From positions 9,357-73,356 of the forward strand of contig CABMOY010000001.1 of NCBI GenBank assembly GCA_902388345.1: DNA of 64,000 nt, read 5' to 3'. A program made the position numbers and the translations under genes. Source of the stretch: an uncultured Collinsella sp. Lineage in GTDB: Bacteria > Actinomycetota > Coriobacteriia > Coriobacteriales > Coriobacteriaceae. The notes under the pieces were generated by a model that was not told where the DNA came from, did not search any database, and saw nothing but the letters and a program-made list of their open reading frames with translations. Shown here in pieces: positions 50,995-61,441 of the stretch (positions are counted from its first letter, which is position 1; each line of letters begins with the position of its first letter).

Positions 50995-51975
50995 ATGGAT
51001 CCCAACAAGCGTCCCGACGACATGGTGCGTATCACCACTCCCGAACTTGCCCAGGTGTTCATCGATGAGCAGGTCGCTGCAATCCGCGAGCAGATCGGCG
51101 ACAAGAAGGTCCTGCTGGCTCTTTCCGGCGGCGTCGACAGTTCGGTTGTCGCGGCCCTGCTCATCAAGGCCATCGGCAAGCAGCTCATTTGCGTGCATGT
51201 GAACCACGGCCTGATGCGCAAGGGTGAGAGCGAACAGGTCATCGACGTCTTCAAGAACCAGATGGACGCTAACCTGGTCTATGTGGACGCGACCGATCGC
51301 TTCCTGGATAAGCTCGTGGACGTCGAGGAGCCCGAGGCCAAGCGCAAGATCATCGGTGCCGAGTTTATCCGCGTGTTCGAGGAGGAGGCCCGCAAGGTTG
51401 GCGACGAGGTCAGTTTCCTCGCCCAGGGCACCATCTATCCCGACATTCTTGAGTCCCAAGACGGCGTGAAGGCTCACCACAACGTGGGCGGTCTGCCCGA
51501 GGATCTGCAGTTTGAGCTCTGCGAGCCCGTCAAACTGCTGTACAAGGACGAGGTCCGCGTCGTGGGTCGCGAGCTCGGCCTGCCCGAGAACATGGTCGAG
51601 CGCCAGCCGTTCCCCGGTCCCGGCCTGGGCGTCCGCTGCCTTGGTGCCATCACCCGCGACCGTCTTGAGGCGCTGCGCGAAGCCGACGCGATCGTGCGCG
51701 AGGAGATCGACAAGGCGGGTCTGACCATCTGGCAGTATTTTGCCGTCGTGCCCGACTTCCGCGCCACCGGCGTGCGCGAGGGCAAGCGCGCCTACGATTG
51801 GCCCTGTATCATCCGCTGCATCAACACCGTCGATGTCATGACCGCCGAGGTGCCTGAGCTCGACTGGGCGTTGCTCAAGCGCATTACCGCCCGCGTCACC
51901 GCCGAGGTTCCCGGCATCTGCCGCGTGTGCTACGACCTCACGCCGAAGCCCGTCGGCACGGTGGAGTGGGAGTAG
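50995..51975 (+). CDS. Stand-alone GMP synthase ATP-pyrophosphatase domain (GuaA C-terminal paralog, no GATase domain)
   Basis: [16 protein letters not shown]-loop. Colinear similarity to residues about 200-532 of the guaA product at 14471..16069, including the identical C-terminal motif VEWE. No glutamine amidotransferase domain in this ORF or nearby. Confidence 0.75.
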   Translation: MDPNKRPDDMVRITTPELAQVFIDEQVAAIREQIGDKKVLLALSGGVDSSVVAALLIKAIGKQLICVHVNHGLMRKGESEQVIDVFKNQMDANLVYVDATDRFLDKLVDVEEPEAKRKIIGAEFIRVFEEEARKVGDEVSFLAQGTIYPDILESQDGVKAHHNVGGLPEDLQFELCEPVKLLYKDEVRVVGRELGLPENMVERQPFPGPGLGVRCLGAITRDRLEALREADAIVREEIDKAGLTIWQYFAVVPDFRATGVREGKRAYDWPCIIRCINTVDVMTAEVPELDWALLKRITARVTAEVPGICRVCYDLTPKPVGTVEWE

Positions 51976-52007
51976 GCTTCTACTCTTTTGGGCGAATTGC
52001 ATTGACA

Positions 52008-52050
52008 GGGAGGGGGTCCCGCGCAAACGTGTGCGGGACCCCTTTCGTTT
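52008..52050. terminator. Bidirectional Rho-independent terminator between convergent genes
   Basis: gggggtcccgcgcaaacgtgtgcgggacccc hairpin followed by tttcgtttt. Confidence 0.6.
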
Positions 52051-53201
52051 TACTGTTCGGTTAATGCTGCGGATCGTTTTGGAAGGCTTGCGAGCATAGT
52101 GGTCCCGTTCTCGGAACTTGCTTCGACCTCTACAGCGCCACCGTGAAGCGCTGCAATCTCCCAAACGAGCGCGAGTCCGAGTCCTGCGCCGCCGTATGCC
52201 CTGCTGCGGGATTTATCCAGGCGAAAGAACGGTTGGAAGATGCTCTCGTGGTACTGCTTGGGTATTCCCGGGCCCTGGTCCTCGACTCGCAGGAACACGC
52301 GGCTGTTGTTGTCGCAGATGGAGACGTTGACAGTCGAGCCGGGGCGGCTGTAACGGATGGCATTTTCGACCAGGTTAAACACCAGCCGATAGAGGAGCGT
52401 GTCGCTCCCGATTACTAAAGCGTCTCCAGCACAATTGAGGGCTATGCCCTTATTTTCGGCAAGTGGCGCAAGGTCGGTGAGGACCTCTTCGGACAAGGGA
52501 CCAAGTTCAACATCGTCCTCGCAAGGAACGCTGCGGAGCTCACTCATCTCGAGCAACACCTTGGTCATCCGCGACATCCGCTCAGTTTGTTCTTGTAGCA
52601 GGCCGAGCAGCTCGGCTGTTTCGGGTTGCAAACCGGAGTGCTCGGAGATGAATAGTTCAATCTGTGCTTGCATAAGGGCGAGCGGGGTGCGAAGCTCGTG
52701 TGCGGCGTTGCCGGTAAACTGACGCTGTGCAGAGAACCCTTCGCCAAGACGAGCGATCATGTCGTTGAAAGAGGCGCTGCATCGTTGTAGCTCGGTGGGC
52801 ACATCTTCATTGAGTCTGATTTCGCTTAGGTTGTCAGGCTGCACACGCTCAACCTGAGCTGCAAAAGCCCGTAGCGGTTTGAGTGCACGGCCGCTCACAA
52901 AGTATGCCAGCGCGCCGCCAAGGAGTGTGACTCCAGCCGTGATGTACCAGGCTGTCGTGCCAAAAGACTCCTGTGCGTCATTTACGACGATTGTGACCTT
53001 GTCATCGAGGGCCGCTTTCGTTGGGTCGAACGCCTGGAGCGAATCTTCGCCGGTTGCGTTAAAGGCCGAGATGTCGCTGCCGATGGCATCCATGTAGCGC
53101 ATGCCCGTATAGCCGACCAAGCAGTTCGTCAGTACGCATGCCGCACACGTCAGCAGTGCCGTCATAATCGTTATGCGCCATTGCAGCGAAAGCCCTTTCA
53201 T
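52050..53201 (-). CDS. Two-component sensor histidine kinase
   Basis: H-box HELRTPLALM. HATPase_c G-boxes. Two N-terminal TM segments. Confidence 0.85.
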   Translation of the reverse strand: MKGLSLQWRITIMTALLTCAACVLTNCLVGYTGMRYMDAIGSDISAFNATGEDSLQAFDPTKAALDDKVTIVVNDAQESFGTTAWYITAGVTLLGGALAYFVSGRALKPLRAFAAQVERVQPDNLSEIRLNEDVPTELQRCSASFNDMIARLGEGFSAQRQFTGNAAHELRTPLALMQAQIELFISEHSGLQPETAELLGLLQEQTERMSRMTKVLLEMSELRSVPCEDDVELGPLSEEVLTDLAPLAENKGIALNCAGDALVIGSDTLLYRLVFNLVENAIRYSRPGSTVNVSICDNNSRVFLRVEDQGPGIPKQYHESIFQPFFRLDKSRSRAYGGAGLGLALVWEIAALHGGAVEVEASSENGTTMLASLPKRSAALTEQ

Positions 53202-53872
53202 TCTCCATCCTCCATAACGTAGCCCTCTCCAATCCGATTGCGAATCGGGTCGTATCCCAAAGCGCTGCGTAGCTTTTTGCGGAGCGACGAGATATGAACG
53301 CGGGTTGCGTTGCTAAAGCTGTTGACGCTGCTGTCCCATACATGCTCGATAAGCTCTTCCTGGCTCACCGGCCGCCCCTGGTTAAGCATCAGGTATTCCA
53401 AGATGCCGGTCTCCTTGCGCGTGAGGGATAGGGTCTCGCCGCCCACGGAGGCGAGGCGCGCCTTGGTGTCAAAGCTCAACAATCCACAGGCTAGAACAAC
53501 GTCGTTTTGCGTAAAGCGCCTGAGCGTGAGACTGCGTATGCGTGCCGCCAGCTCGTCAAGATGGAACGGCTTGGTGAGGTAGTCGTTGGCGCCCGCATCG
53601 AGCCCCGCTACCTTGTCGGAGACCTCGCCACGTGCCGAGAGCACAAGCACCTTGGTCTCACAATCAGTTGTCCTGAGTTGCCTGAGCACGGTCATGCCGT
53701 CGACATGGGGGAGATTGAGGTCGAGCACGACAAGATCAAAGGTCTCGACATCGAGCAGATCGAGGGCCTGCTGCCCGTCGTAGCAGCAGTCGACGCTATA
53801 GGCTAAGTTGCGCAGGCTGCGTGCGATCGCATCGCACAGCGCCCGCTCGTCCTCGACGACCAAGATGCGCAT
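53198..53872 (-). CDS. OmpR/PhoB-family response regulator
   Basis: Receiver domain (DLVVLDLNLP with phospho-Asp). Winged-helix trans_reg_C. Overlaps the kinase gene by 4 nt. Confidence 0.9.
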   Translation of the reverse strand: MRILVVEDERALCDAIARSLRNLAYSVDCCYDGQQALDLLDVETFDLVVLDLNLPHVDGMTVLRQLRTTDCETKVLVLSARGEVSDKVAGLDAGANDYLTKPFHLDELAARIRSLTLRRFTQNDVVLACGLLSFDTKARLASVGGETLSLTRKETGILEYLMLNQGRPVSQEELIEHVWDSSVNSFSNATRVHISSLRKKLRSALGYDPIRNRIGEGYVMEDGE

Positions 53873-53961
53873 AACGTTCTCCTTGCATAGTCATTCGCGC
53901 TTAACACGGATTTTATAGTCGGTATGGTCCAATGGGTCGCGAAACGAAAGGAGTGGTCAGA

Positions 53962-54108
53962 TTGTTCAAAGCGATTAAGCCTGTGGCGCAGGTGGCTTTG
54001 CTGATCGTTGGGGTAGCCATGGTTGGCTTTGGCATTATGCGCGGCGAGGCAGATGCCGTGCTGGCCAAGGCAATCAGGCTGTGCTTGGAGTGTATCGGAA
54101 TTGGTTAA
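53962..54108 (+). CDS. CD1871A-like small CxxC-motif membrane peptide (about 48 aa)
   Basis: LFKAIKPVAQVALLIVGVAMVGFGIMRGEADAVLAKAIRLCLECIGIG. One TM helix and a C-terminal CLECIGIG motif. Family assignment from memory. Start codon uncertain, TTG or GTG. Confidence 0.45.
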   Translation: MFKAIKPVAQVALLIVGVAMVGFGIMRGEADAVLAKAIRLCLECIGIG

Positions 54109-54132
54109 AAGAAAAAATACCGTATCGCATCT

Positions 54133-55012
54133 TTTGGCGAGATTTCGCGGATTGATTCAGGCGGCGGCAACGCTTGCGACCAATATTCACCTGCCTAACT
54201 TTGCCAAGGGAGGCATCTACCAGGGGGCGGGCAAAGCCGTCTGCGTGCCGGGGCTCAACTGCTACTCGTGTCCGGCGGCCTCGGGTGCGTGCCCCATCGG
54301 GTCGTTTCAGTCGGTGGTGGGCTCGTCTAAGTTCAGCTTTTCGTATTACGTCACCGGAACACTCATTCTGATCGGCGTGCTGCTGGGGCGTTTTGTATGC
54401 GGCTTTTTATGCCCGTTTGGATGGCTGCAAGAGCTTCTGCATAAGATTCCCGGCAAAAAGCTCTCGACGAAAAAGCTCAAGCCGCTCACGTACATCAAGT
54501 ACGCCGTGCTGCTGTTTGCCGTGGTGCTGCTGCCCGTTCTGGTAGTCAACGATGTGGGCATGGGCGACCCGTTCTTTTGCAAGTACATCTGTCCGCAAGG
54601 CGTGCTCGAGGGCGCGATTCCGCTGTCCATCATGAATACGGGAATCCGTTCCGCGCTGGGAAAGCTCTTTACCTGGAAGCTCGCAATCCTCATTGTGGTT
54701 GCGGTGCTGAGCGTGCTGTTCTACCGCCCCTTCTGTAAATGGATTTGCCCCCTCGGTGCGTTTTATGCACTCATGAACAAGGTGTCTTTGCTGGGGATCC
54801 AGGTTGACCAGTGCAAATGCGTCTCGTGCGGCAAGTGCGCCAAGGTGTGTCAAATGGACGTGGACGTTACGCGTACGCCCAACCATGCCGAGTGCATTCG
54901 TTGCGGCAAATGCGTGGGCGCGTGCCCCGTCGATGCTATTAGCTTTCGCTATGGGCTGGGTGTGACGGGCGACAAACCCGCGCAGTCCACGCAAGCCTGC
55001 GAAAACAAATAG
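54133..55012 (+). CDS. 4Fe-4S-binding integral membrane protein (NapH/MauN-like polyferredoxin)
   Basis: CxxCxxCP-type motifs (CVSCGKCAKVCQ, CIRCGKCVGACP), additional CxxC pairs, and TM segments. The true start is probably a non-ATG codon near 54133. The ORF-track start at 54023 overlaps the peptide gene. Confidence 0.65.
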
Positions 55013-55047
55013 GTACCTATATAAGTTTCGATATAAACGGAGGAACC

Positions 55048-56010
55048 ATGAAACTGTCAAAAATTGCGGCTCTGTTGATGCTGCCCGTGCTGGCGCTGAC
55101 TCTCGCGGCGTGCTCTGCCCCCAAGGGCGACGCGAAGGGTGCTACGAGCGGCGATGCGCAGATTGCCGAGCTTGTGGCACAAAAGCCGTCGAGCGCCGAG
55201 GAGGCGGCCGAGCTGTACCAGCAGCTGCTGCAAAAGGAAAACGAGATCTTTGCGAGCGATAACGCCCTATGGGAAAAGGTGTTCCTTGCGGCCAACAAAG
55301 ACACTCCCATGATTGAGGACGGCAAGAACTACGGTGACTTCTTGCTCGATACCATCGAGGGCGCCAAGGATCAGTTTGCGGCTGACGAGCTTAAGACGCT
55401 TAAGGCCGGCGCGCAGCAGGTCAAGGAGATCGAGGACAAGCTCATGGCGCTGGAGAAGGAGTTCCCCGGATGTGGCAGCACGCCCGGCGAGGGGGAGAGT
55501 GTTGATGCCTCGACCGCGGGCATGACCAACGGCGAGAGCGGGGAGACGAAGTTCCCCAGCTTTAAGGGCAAGGACTTGGACGGCAACGATGTAAACAGCG
55601 ACGAGCTGTTCTCCAAGAACAAGGTCACCGTCATGAACTTCTGGTTTACCACCTGCAAGCCGTGCGTGGGAGAGCTGGGCGATCTGGAGAAGCTCAACAA
55701 GGAGCTTGCCGAGAAGGGCGGCCAGGTCGTGGGCGTTAATTCCTTTACGCTCGATGGCAACAAAGACGAGGTGGCCGATGCCAAGGACGTGCTTTCCAAG
55801 AAGGGCGTAACGTATAAGAACATCTGGTTTAAGTCGGACAGCGAGGCCGGAAAGTTCACCTCCAACCTGTACTCGTTCCCGACCACCTACGTGATCGACC
55901 AGAACGGTAACATTGTGGGAGAGCCGATCATGGGCGGCATCAACTCCGCTGAGCAGCGCGAGGCGCTCAACAAACTGATCGATCAGGCACTCGCGAAGAG
56001 CGAACAGTAA
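55048..56010 (+). CDS. TlpA/ResA-like thiol-disulfide oxidoreductase lipoprotein (thioredoxin fold)
   Basis: Signal peptide with LAAC lipobox. WFTTCKPC CxxC active site. Confidence 0.8.
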   Translation: MKLSKIAALLMLPVLALTLAACSAPKGDAKGATSGDAQIAELVAQKPSSAEEAAELYQQLLQKENEIFASDNALWEKVFLAANKDTPMIEDGKNYGDFLLDTIEGAKDQFAADELKTLKAGAQQVKEIEDKLMALEKEFPGCGSTPGEGESVDASTAGMTNGESGETKFPSFKGKDLDGNDVNSDELFSKNKVTVMNFWFTTCKPCVGELGDLEKLNKELAEKGGQVVGVNSFTLDGNKDEVADAKDVLSKKGVTYKNIWFKSDSEAGKFTSNLYSFPTTYVIDQNGNIVGEPIMGGINSAEQREALNKLIDQALAKSEQ

Positions 56011-56033
56011 GTCCGTGGGACAGACAACTGAAG

Positions 56034-56066
56034 GGGAGTCGCTGGAAACAGCGACTCTTTTTTCTG
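56034..56066 (+). terminator. Rho-independent terminator after the TlpA-like gene
   Basis: ggagtcgctggaaacagcgactc hairpin followed by ttttttctg. Confidence 0.6.
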
Positions 56067-56080
56067 CTTCGGGGTAGCAT

Positions 56081-56233
56081 CATGGGTATACGTCGAAAGG
56101 GCACGCAGCTTTTCGTGCATTGCCTGAGCGGTGCGCGAAGCAACCAAGCTGTGAGTTTTCTTAAGCGTTCTGGGTATGGCAGTGTCAAGAATATCGGCGG
56201 CATAAGCGGCTACACGGGAAAGGTGGTGCGTTA
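56081..56233 (+). CDS. Truncated rhodanese-like domain (about 50 aa, active-site Cys loop only)
   Basis: MGIRRKGTQLFVHCLSGARSNQAVSFLKRSGYGSVKNIGGI. It has the CxxGxRS catalytic loop but not the N-terminal half of a rhodanese fold. Either a gene remnant or a mis-started small rhodanese. Confidence 0.4.
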
Positions 56234-56236
56234 GCT

Positions 56237-57928
56237 ATGAAGGTGGTTATCGTTGGAGGCGTCGCGGGCGGCGCATCGGCGGCGGCACGTTTGCGCAGAC
56301 TCGACGAGCAGGCCCAAATTGTCATCTTTGAGCGCACGGGTTTTGTATCGTATGCCAACTGTGGGCTTCCGTACTACATTGGCGGCGTGATAGAAGAAGA
56401 GAGCGCATTGACGCTGCAGTCTCCCAAGGGCTTTTGGGATCGCTTTCGCATTGCGGTCAAGACGAGTCACGAGGTGTTTGCCATCCATCCCGATTCGCAT
56501 ACGGTCGAGGTTCGCAATATGCTGACGGGCGAGGAATTTGTCGAGACGTATGACAAGCTCATCCTGTCGCCGGGTGCAAAGCCGATTCGCCCTGCGTTGC
56601 CGGGCATCGACTCGGATAAAATCTTTAGCCTACGCACCGTTGAGGACACGCTGCGTATTCACAGCTATGTTCGAGAGCGGCGACCGAGCAGTGCCGTCGT
56701 GATCGGCGGCGGCTTCATTGGCGTCGAGACGGCGGAGAATCTGTGCGAGCTGGGGCTCCAGGTGACCCTTCTGCAGCGTCCCGTCCAGCTTATGAACAAC
56801 CTGGATTACGACATGGCGACCCTTTTGCATACCGAGGTGCGTGAGCACGGTATCGATCTGCGCCTCAAGGCCGATGTGACAGGTTTTGAGGAAGTTGATG
56901 GCCGCGTTGTCACCCATGTTGCGGGCGATGACCCTATCGGAGCCGATATGGTGCTGCTTGCCATTGGCGTGGCACCTGAGAGCCATCTGGCGCAAGAGGC
57001 GGGGCTCGAACTGGGCATCAAGGGGGCTATTGTGGTCAACGACCGCATGGAGACCTCTGCTGCCGACGTGTATGCCGTGGGCGATGCCGTGCAGGTCACG
57101 CATCAGGTGACCGGCGAGGACGCGGTCATTTCGCTCGCCGGCCCCGCCAACAAGCAGGAGCGTGTCGTCGCCGATGTCATAGCCGGCATGGACAGCTGCT
57201 ACCTCGGATCGTTGGGCTCATCGGTTATCAAGGTATTCGACTTGACGGCGGCAAGCACGGGACTATCCGAAAAGGCGGCACACGCGGCGGGAGTTGACTG
57301 CGACAGCGTGGTCCTGTCGCCCGGTTCGCATGCGGGTTATTATCCGGGTGCAACGCCCATGACCATGAAGGTTGTCTTCGAGAAGCAGGGATTGCGCCTG
57401 CTGGGTGCGCAAATCGTGGGCATCGATGGTGTGGACAAGCGTATCGACGTTCTGGCGACTGCCATCCAGGCAGGCATGCGCGGCGATAGGCTTAAGGATT
57501 TGGACCTAGCATACGCGCCGCCGTATTCATCGGCGAAGGATCCCGTCAATATGGCGGGCTTTATGATCGAGAACCTCAATCGCGGCATACTGGCGCAGTG
57601 GCATTGGGAGGATGAGCCCAACTTGCCACGCGATGGCAGCGTGCAGCTGCTCGATGTTCGTACGGAAGGGGAGTATGAGCGCGGGCATATCGATGGTTTC
57701 GTAAACATTCCCGTCGATGATCTGCGCAATCGCCTGGGCGAGCTCGACCGGGCCAAGCCGGTCTACGTGATTTGCCAGAGCGGCATTCGCAGCTACATTG
57801 CTTGCCGCATTTTGGCGCAGCATGGCTTTGAGTGCTTTAACTTCTCGGGCGGCTATCGCTTCTTTGCAGCCGTGACTGAGGCTCGCCGCGGCAGCGCTAA
57901 CGTTATGCCGTGCGGGTTCGAAAAGTAG
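56237..57928 (+). CDS. CoA-disulfide reductase / NADH oxidase-family flavoprotein with a C-terminal rhodanese domain (CoADR-RHD)
   Basis: VVIVGGVAGGASAA FAD motif. Redox-active SYANCGLPYY Cys. Second Rossmann motif. C-terminal rhodanese with CQSGIRS. Confidence 0.85.
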   Translation: MKVVIVGGVAGGASAAARLRRLDEQAQIVIFERTGFVSYANCGLPYYIGGVIEEESALTLQSPKGFWDRFRIAVKTSHEVFAIHPDSHTVEVRNMLTGEEFVETYDKLILSPGAKPIRPALPGIDSDKIFSLRTVEDTLRIHSYVRERRPSSAVVIGGGFIGVETAENLCELGLQVTLLQRPVQLMNNLDYDMATLLHTEVREHGIDLRLKADVTGFEEVDGRVVTHVAGDDPIGADMVLLAIGVAPESHLAQEAGLELGIKGAIVVNDRMETSAADVYAVGDAVQVTHQVTGEDAVISLAGPANKQERVVADVIAGMDSCYLGSLGSSVIKVFDLTAASTGLSEKAAHAAGVDCDSVVLSPGSHAGYYPGATPMTMKVVFEKQGLRLLGAQIVGIDGVDKRIDVLATAIQAGMRGDRLKDLDLAYAPPYSSAKDPVNMAGFMIENLNRGILAQWHWEDEPNLPRDGSVQLLDVRTEGEYERGHIDGFVNIPVDDLRNRLGELDRAKPVYVICQSGIRSYIACRILAQHGFECFNFSGGYRFFAAVTEARRGSANVMPCGFEK

Positions 57929-57938
57929 CGCGCATTGG

Positions 57939-57970
57939 AATGTGACAAAGTGACAGCCTCTTTGTCGCAT
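57939..57970. repeat. Palindromic repeat copy 1 (AATGTGACAAAGTGACAGCCTCTTTGTCGCAT, degenerate)
   Basis: Direct reading of the sequence. Member of the TGTGACAAAGGGAC/GTCCCTTTGTCACA family. Confidence 0.7.
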
Positions 57971-58149
57971 CGGGGATGTTATATGCGGGATGGTGCGCCA
58001 TGCGGCGTGCTGTCCCGTTCGTTTTTTGGCGCGGTTCGTTACATTCCTCACTGGTATCGGCCAAAAATGAGGATAGAGTAGGACAAACGCGCCGAACGTG
58101 AACGGCGGGGGAGCGGGCGAGCGCGCCCGCGCGAGAGAGGTTGCCGTCC

Positions 58150-61100
58150 ATGCTGGATCTCAGAGTTATTTGCAAAAGGTACGTTACGCAGTCGTTTACG
58201 CAGGTAGCGCTCGACAGCGTAAGCCTGTCTTTTCGCGATAACGAGTTCGTAGCCGTTCTGGGTCCCTCGGGTTCGGGTAAAACTACGATGCTCAACGTCA
58301 TCGGTGGACTCGACCATTTCGATTCGGGCGATCTGCTGATCGACGGCATCTCGACCAAGGACTTCAACGACCGCGATTGGGATGCCTATCGCAATAATCG
58401 CATCGGCTTTGTGTTCCAGAGCTATAACCTCATTCCGCATCAGAGCATTTTGGAAAACGTGGAGTTGGCGCTTACGCTCACGGGCGTGGGGCATGCCGAG
58501 CGCCGCCAACGTGCGCGCAAGGCGCTCGAGGCAGTCGGTCTGGGCGAGCACGTTGACAAGCGCCCGAGCCAGCTTTCGGGCGGGCAGATGCAGCGCGTGG
58601 CCATTGCCCGCGCCCTGATCAATGACCCCGAGATTGTGCTGGCTGACGAGCCGACCGGCGCCTTGGACTCAACGACATCCGTACAGGTCATGGATTTGCT
58701 CAAGGATGTTGCGCGCGATCGTTTGGTCATCATGGTCACGCACAATCCCGAGTTGGCATACAGGTACGCCACGCGCATCGTCACCCTGGCGGACGGCAAG
58801 ATCACCGACGATTCCGACCCCTTTGATGCTGCCGAGGCCGCGCGTCGCGAGGCCAAGCCCACGCGCAAAACCTCGATGAGCTTTGTGACAGCGCTGGGGC
58901 TTTCGGCGCGAAACCTTTTGACCAAGAAGGGCCGTACGGCTATGACGGCCTTTGCTGGTTCGATCGGCATTATCGGCATTGCGGCGATTCTGGCGCTCTC
59001 CAACGGCGTAAACGGCTACATCAAAAAGGTCGAGGAGGATACGCTCTCGAGCTACCCGCTCACCATTTCCAAACAAGATTATGACCTGTCGTCCATGATG
59101 GGCGGGCATGGAGCTACGGATGAGGAGGCGTCCGAGGACAAGGACGCGTCCGACGGCGCCACCGGCGGCAAGGCTCAGGGGACCGATAAGATCCCTGTGG
59201 TCACGGCCGTAAAGGATATGTTCGCAAGCGTTAAGTCCAACGACATGACGAGCTTTAAGGCATGGCTCGATGCCGGTGGCGACGGCATCGATAAAGAGGT
59301 CAACGCCATTCAGTACGGCTACGGTGTATCGCCGGTTGTCTATCGTGCCGGCAAGGGCGATGAGAAGCCTGTCCGGCTGGTGCCCAACGCTATGACTGAG
59401 GCCATGAGCGGAGGTGCGAGCTCGGCGGCAACGGTGAGCATGGAATCCATGGGAACGTCGGTCTTCAACGAGATGATTGACGACCAGAGCCTGCTCGACA
59501 GCCAGTACGATGTTGTTGCCGGCCATTGGCCTACGTCAGCCAACGAGGCCGTGATGGTGCTTTCGAGCCGCGGAACGGTGGGCGACTACACGCTCTACAG
59601 CATCGGTGCGCTGGATATCGATGAACTCAACGACCTGGTTAACAGCGCCATGACGGCCGACGGCAAGGTCGAGGCGCCCAAGACCGGCGCCGACTTTACC
59701 TACGACGATGCACTGTCCACGACGTTTAAGGTGCTGTCGCCGGCAGATGCCTATCGCAAAAACGAAGAGACCGGCATGTGGACTGACATGGCTGGCGATG
59801 CCGACTATATGGCGGCCAAGGTTGCCGACGGTATTGACGTGCGCATTGTGGGCGTGGTGCGACCCAACGAGACGGCCAACGCGAGCGCATTATCCCCGGG
59901 CATTGCCTATACGCATGCGCTGACTCGCCAGCTTATGCAGCGTGCTGCCGATTCGCAGATTGTGCAGGAACAGCTTACCCACCCCGAGACGGATGTCTTT
60001 ACGGGTAAAACCTTCGACGAGCTGCAGGGCGAGGCCAAGCAAGGCGTGGATCTGAGCAGCATGTTCAGTGTGGACGAGGCGGCGCTGAAGAGCGCGTTCT
60101 CTCTCGATTCGTCTGCGCTCTCGGGCGCGGCCGGCGGTATGGACCTTTCTGGTATCGACTTGTCCGGGCTGGACATTGACCTTTCGGGCGTTGGGAAGGA
60201 CATCGACTTCAGCGACATCATGGCCAAAGCGCCGGCTCCAGATTTCTCGGGCATTTTTGACGGTTTGGAGCTCACACCCGAGCAAATGCAGCAGGTGGGA
60301 ACGCTTGTCAACCAGCTGTTTGAGGGCTTTATGCAGTCGGATCAGTTTAAGGTGCTGTCGCCCGAAGATCTTAAGGACGCGTCAAAGCTTGCTGCCGCAT
60401 TCTCAGCGTACCTTGAGAATGATGCCGCCGCCCAGCAATGCTTGGCTCAGCTTAAGGCGCTCGGCGGCGATGCCTTGGCCGAGCGTCTGCAGCAGGTGAT
60501 GGGCGACTATGTGCAAAAGCAGCTGGCTCCGTATTTGCAGCAGTCTATGGATCAGGTGATGAAGGCGGTCAGCGAGCAGATTGCGACGACGGTATCAACC
60601 CAGCTCAAGGCGGGTGCGGCAGGGCTCATGGGCCAAATGGCGACGCAGATGTCTTCGAGTTTTGCCAACCTGGCGAGCGCCATGCGCGTGGATGCGGGCG
60701 CCTTTGCTCGTGCCATCCACTTCAACATGGACGCCGAGGACCTGAGCTCGCTCATGATGAGCTATGCCAAGGCGTCGAAGCTCACCTACGACAACAATCT
60801 GACCACGTTGGGCTATGCGGACGAGGCGGACCCCATTTCGGTCAAGATTTTCCCGCGCGACTTTGAGGCCAAGGAGCGCGTGCTCGATTACATCGATGCG
60901 TACAACAAGCAGGTCAAAGCTGCTGGCCACGATGAGCAGGCAATCTCGTATACCGACTACATGGGCATCATCATGGGCTCGGTGACCGACATCGTGAATA
61001 CTATCAGCTTGGTGCTCATCGCATTCGTGAGTATCAGTTTGGTGGTGAGCTCCATCATGATCGGCATCATCACCTACATCAGCGTGCTGGAGCGCAAAAA

Positions 61101-61404
61101 GGAGATTGGCATCCTGCGCGCGATCGGCGCGTCAAAGCGCAACGTGGCCAACGTATTCAATGCCGAGACCTTTATCGAAGGCCTCATCGCTGGCGTCTTT
61201 GCTATTGTCGTCGTGGTGGCCGTGAGCTTTCCGGTTAATGCCTGGGCGCTTGCGGCCAAGCAGGTGCCCAACCTGATGAGCCTGCCCGTTCAAGACGCGC
61301 TGATGCTCATTGTAATTTCGGTGCTGCTGACGGTCGTTGCCGGCCTGCTGCCGGCTCGCAGCGCATCCAAGAAAGACCCTGTGGAAGCCCTACGCTCCGA
61401 ATAA
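58150..61404 (+). CDS. Fused ABC transporter ATP-binding domain plus FtsX-like permease (MacB-like)
   Basis: Walker [25 protein letters not shown] signature. Walker [13 protein letters not shown] long extracytoplasmic region. C-terminal FtsX 4-TM domain. Confidence 0.85.
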   Translation: MLDLRVICKRYVTQSFTQVALDSVSLSFRDNEFVAVLGPSGSGKTTMLNVIGGLDHFDSGDLLIDGISTKDFNDRDWDAYRNNRIGFVFQSYNLIPHQSILENVELALTLTGVGHAERRQRARKALEAVGLGEHVDKRPSQLSGGQMQRVAIARALINDPEIVLADEPTGALDSTTSVQVMDLLKDVARDRLVIMVTHNPELAYRYATRIVTLADGKITDDSDPFDAAEAARREAKPTRKTSMSFVTALGLSARNLLTKKGRTAMTAFAGSIGIIGIAAILALSNGVNGYIKKVEEDTLSSYPLTISKQDYDLSSMMGGHGATDEEASEDKDASDGATGGKAQGTDKIPVVTAVKDMFASVKSNDMTSFKAWLDAGGDGIDKEVNAIQYGYGVSPVVYRAGKGDEKPVRLVPNAMTEAMSGGASSAATVSMESMGTSVFNEMIDDQSLLDSQYDVVAGHWPTSANEAVMVLSSRGTVGDYTLYSIGALDIDELNDLVNSAMTADGKVEAPKTGADFTYDDALSTTFKVLSPADAYRKNEETGMWTDMAGDADYMAAKVADGIDVRIVGVVRPNETANASALSPGIAYTHALTRQLMQRAADSQIVQEQLTHPETDVFTGKTFDELQGEAKQGVDLSSMFSVDEAALKSAFSLDSSALSGAAGGMDLSGIDLSGLDIDLSGVGKDIDFSDIMAKAPAPDFSGIFDGLELTPEQMQQVGTLVNQLFEGFMQSDQFKVLSPEDLKDASKLAAAFSAYLENDAAAQQCLAQLKALGGDALAERLQQVMGDYVQKQLAPYLQQSMDQVMKAVSEQIATTVSTQLKAGAAGLMGQMATQMSSSFANLASAMRVDAGAFARAIHFNMDAEDLSSLMMSYAKASKLTYDNNLTTLGYADEADPISVKIFPRDFEAKERVLDYIDAYNKQVKAAGHDEQAISYTDYMGIIMGSVTDIVNTISLVLIAFVSISLVVSSIMIGIITYISVLERKKEIGILRAIGASKRNVANVFNAETFIEGLIAGVFAIVVVVAVSFPVNAWALAAKQVPNLMSLPVQDALMLIVISVLLTVVAGLLPARSASKKDPVEALRSE

Positions 61405-61435
61405 TGTGACAAAGGGACAGTCCCTTTGTCACATT
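61403..61435. repeat. Palindromic repeat copy 2 (AATGTGACAAAGGGACAGTCCCTTTGTCACATT), overlapping the ABC gene stop codon
   Basis: Perfect 16-bp arms around a central A. Confidence 0.8.
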
Positions 61436-61441
61436 GGGTGG

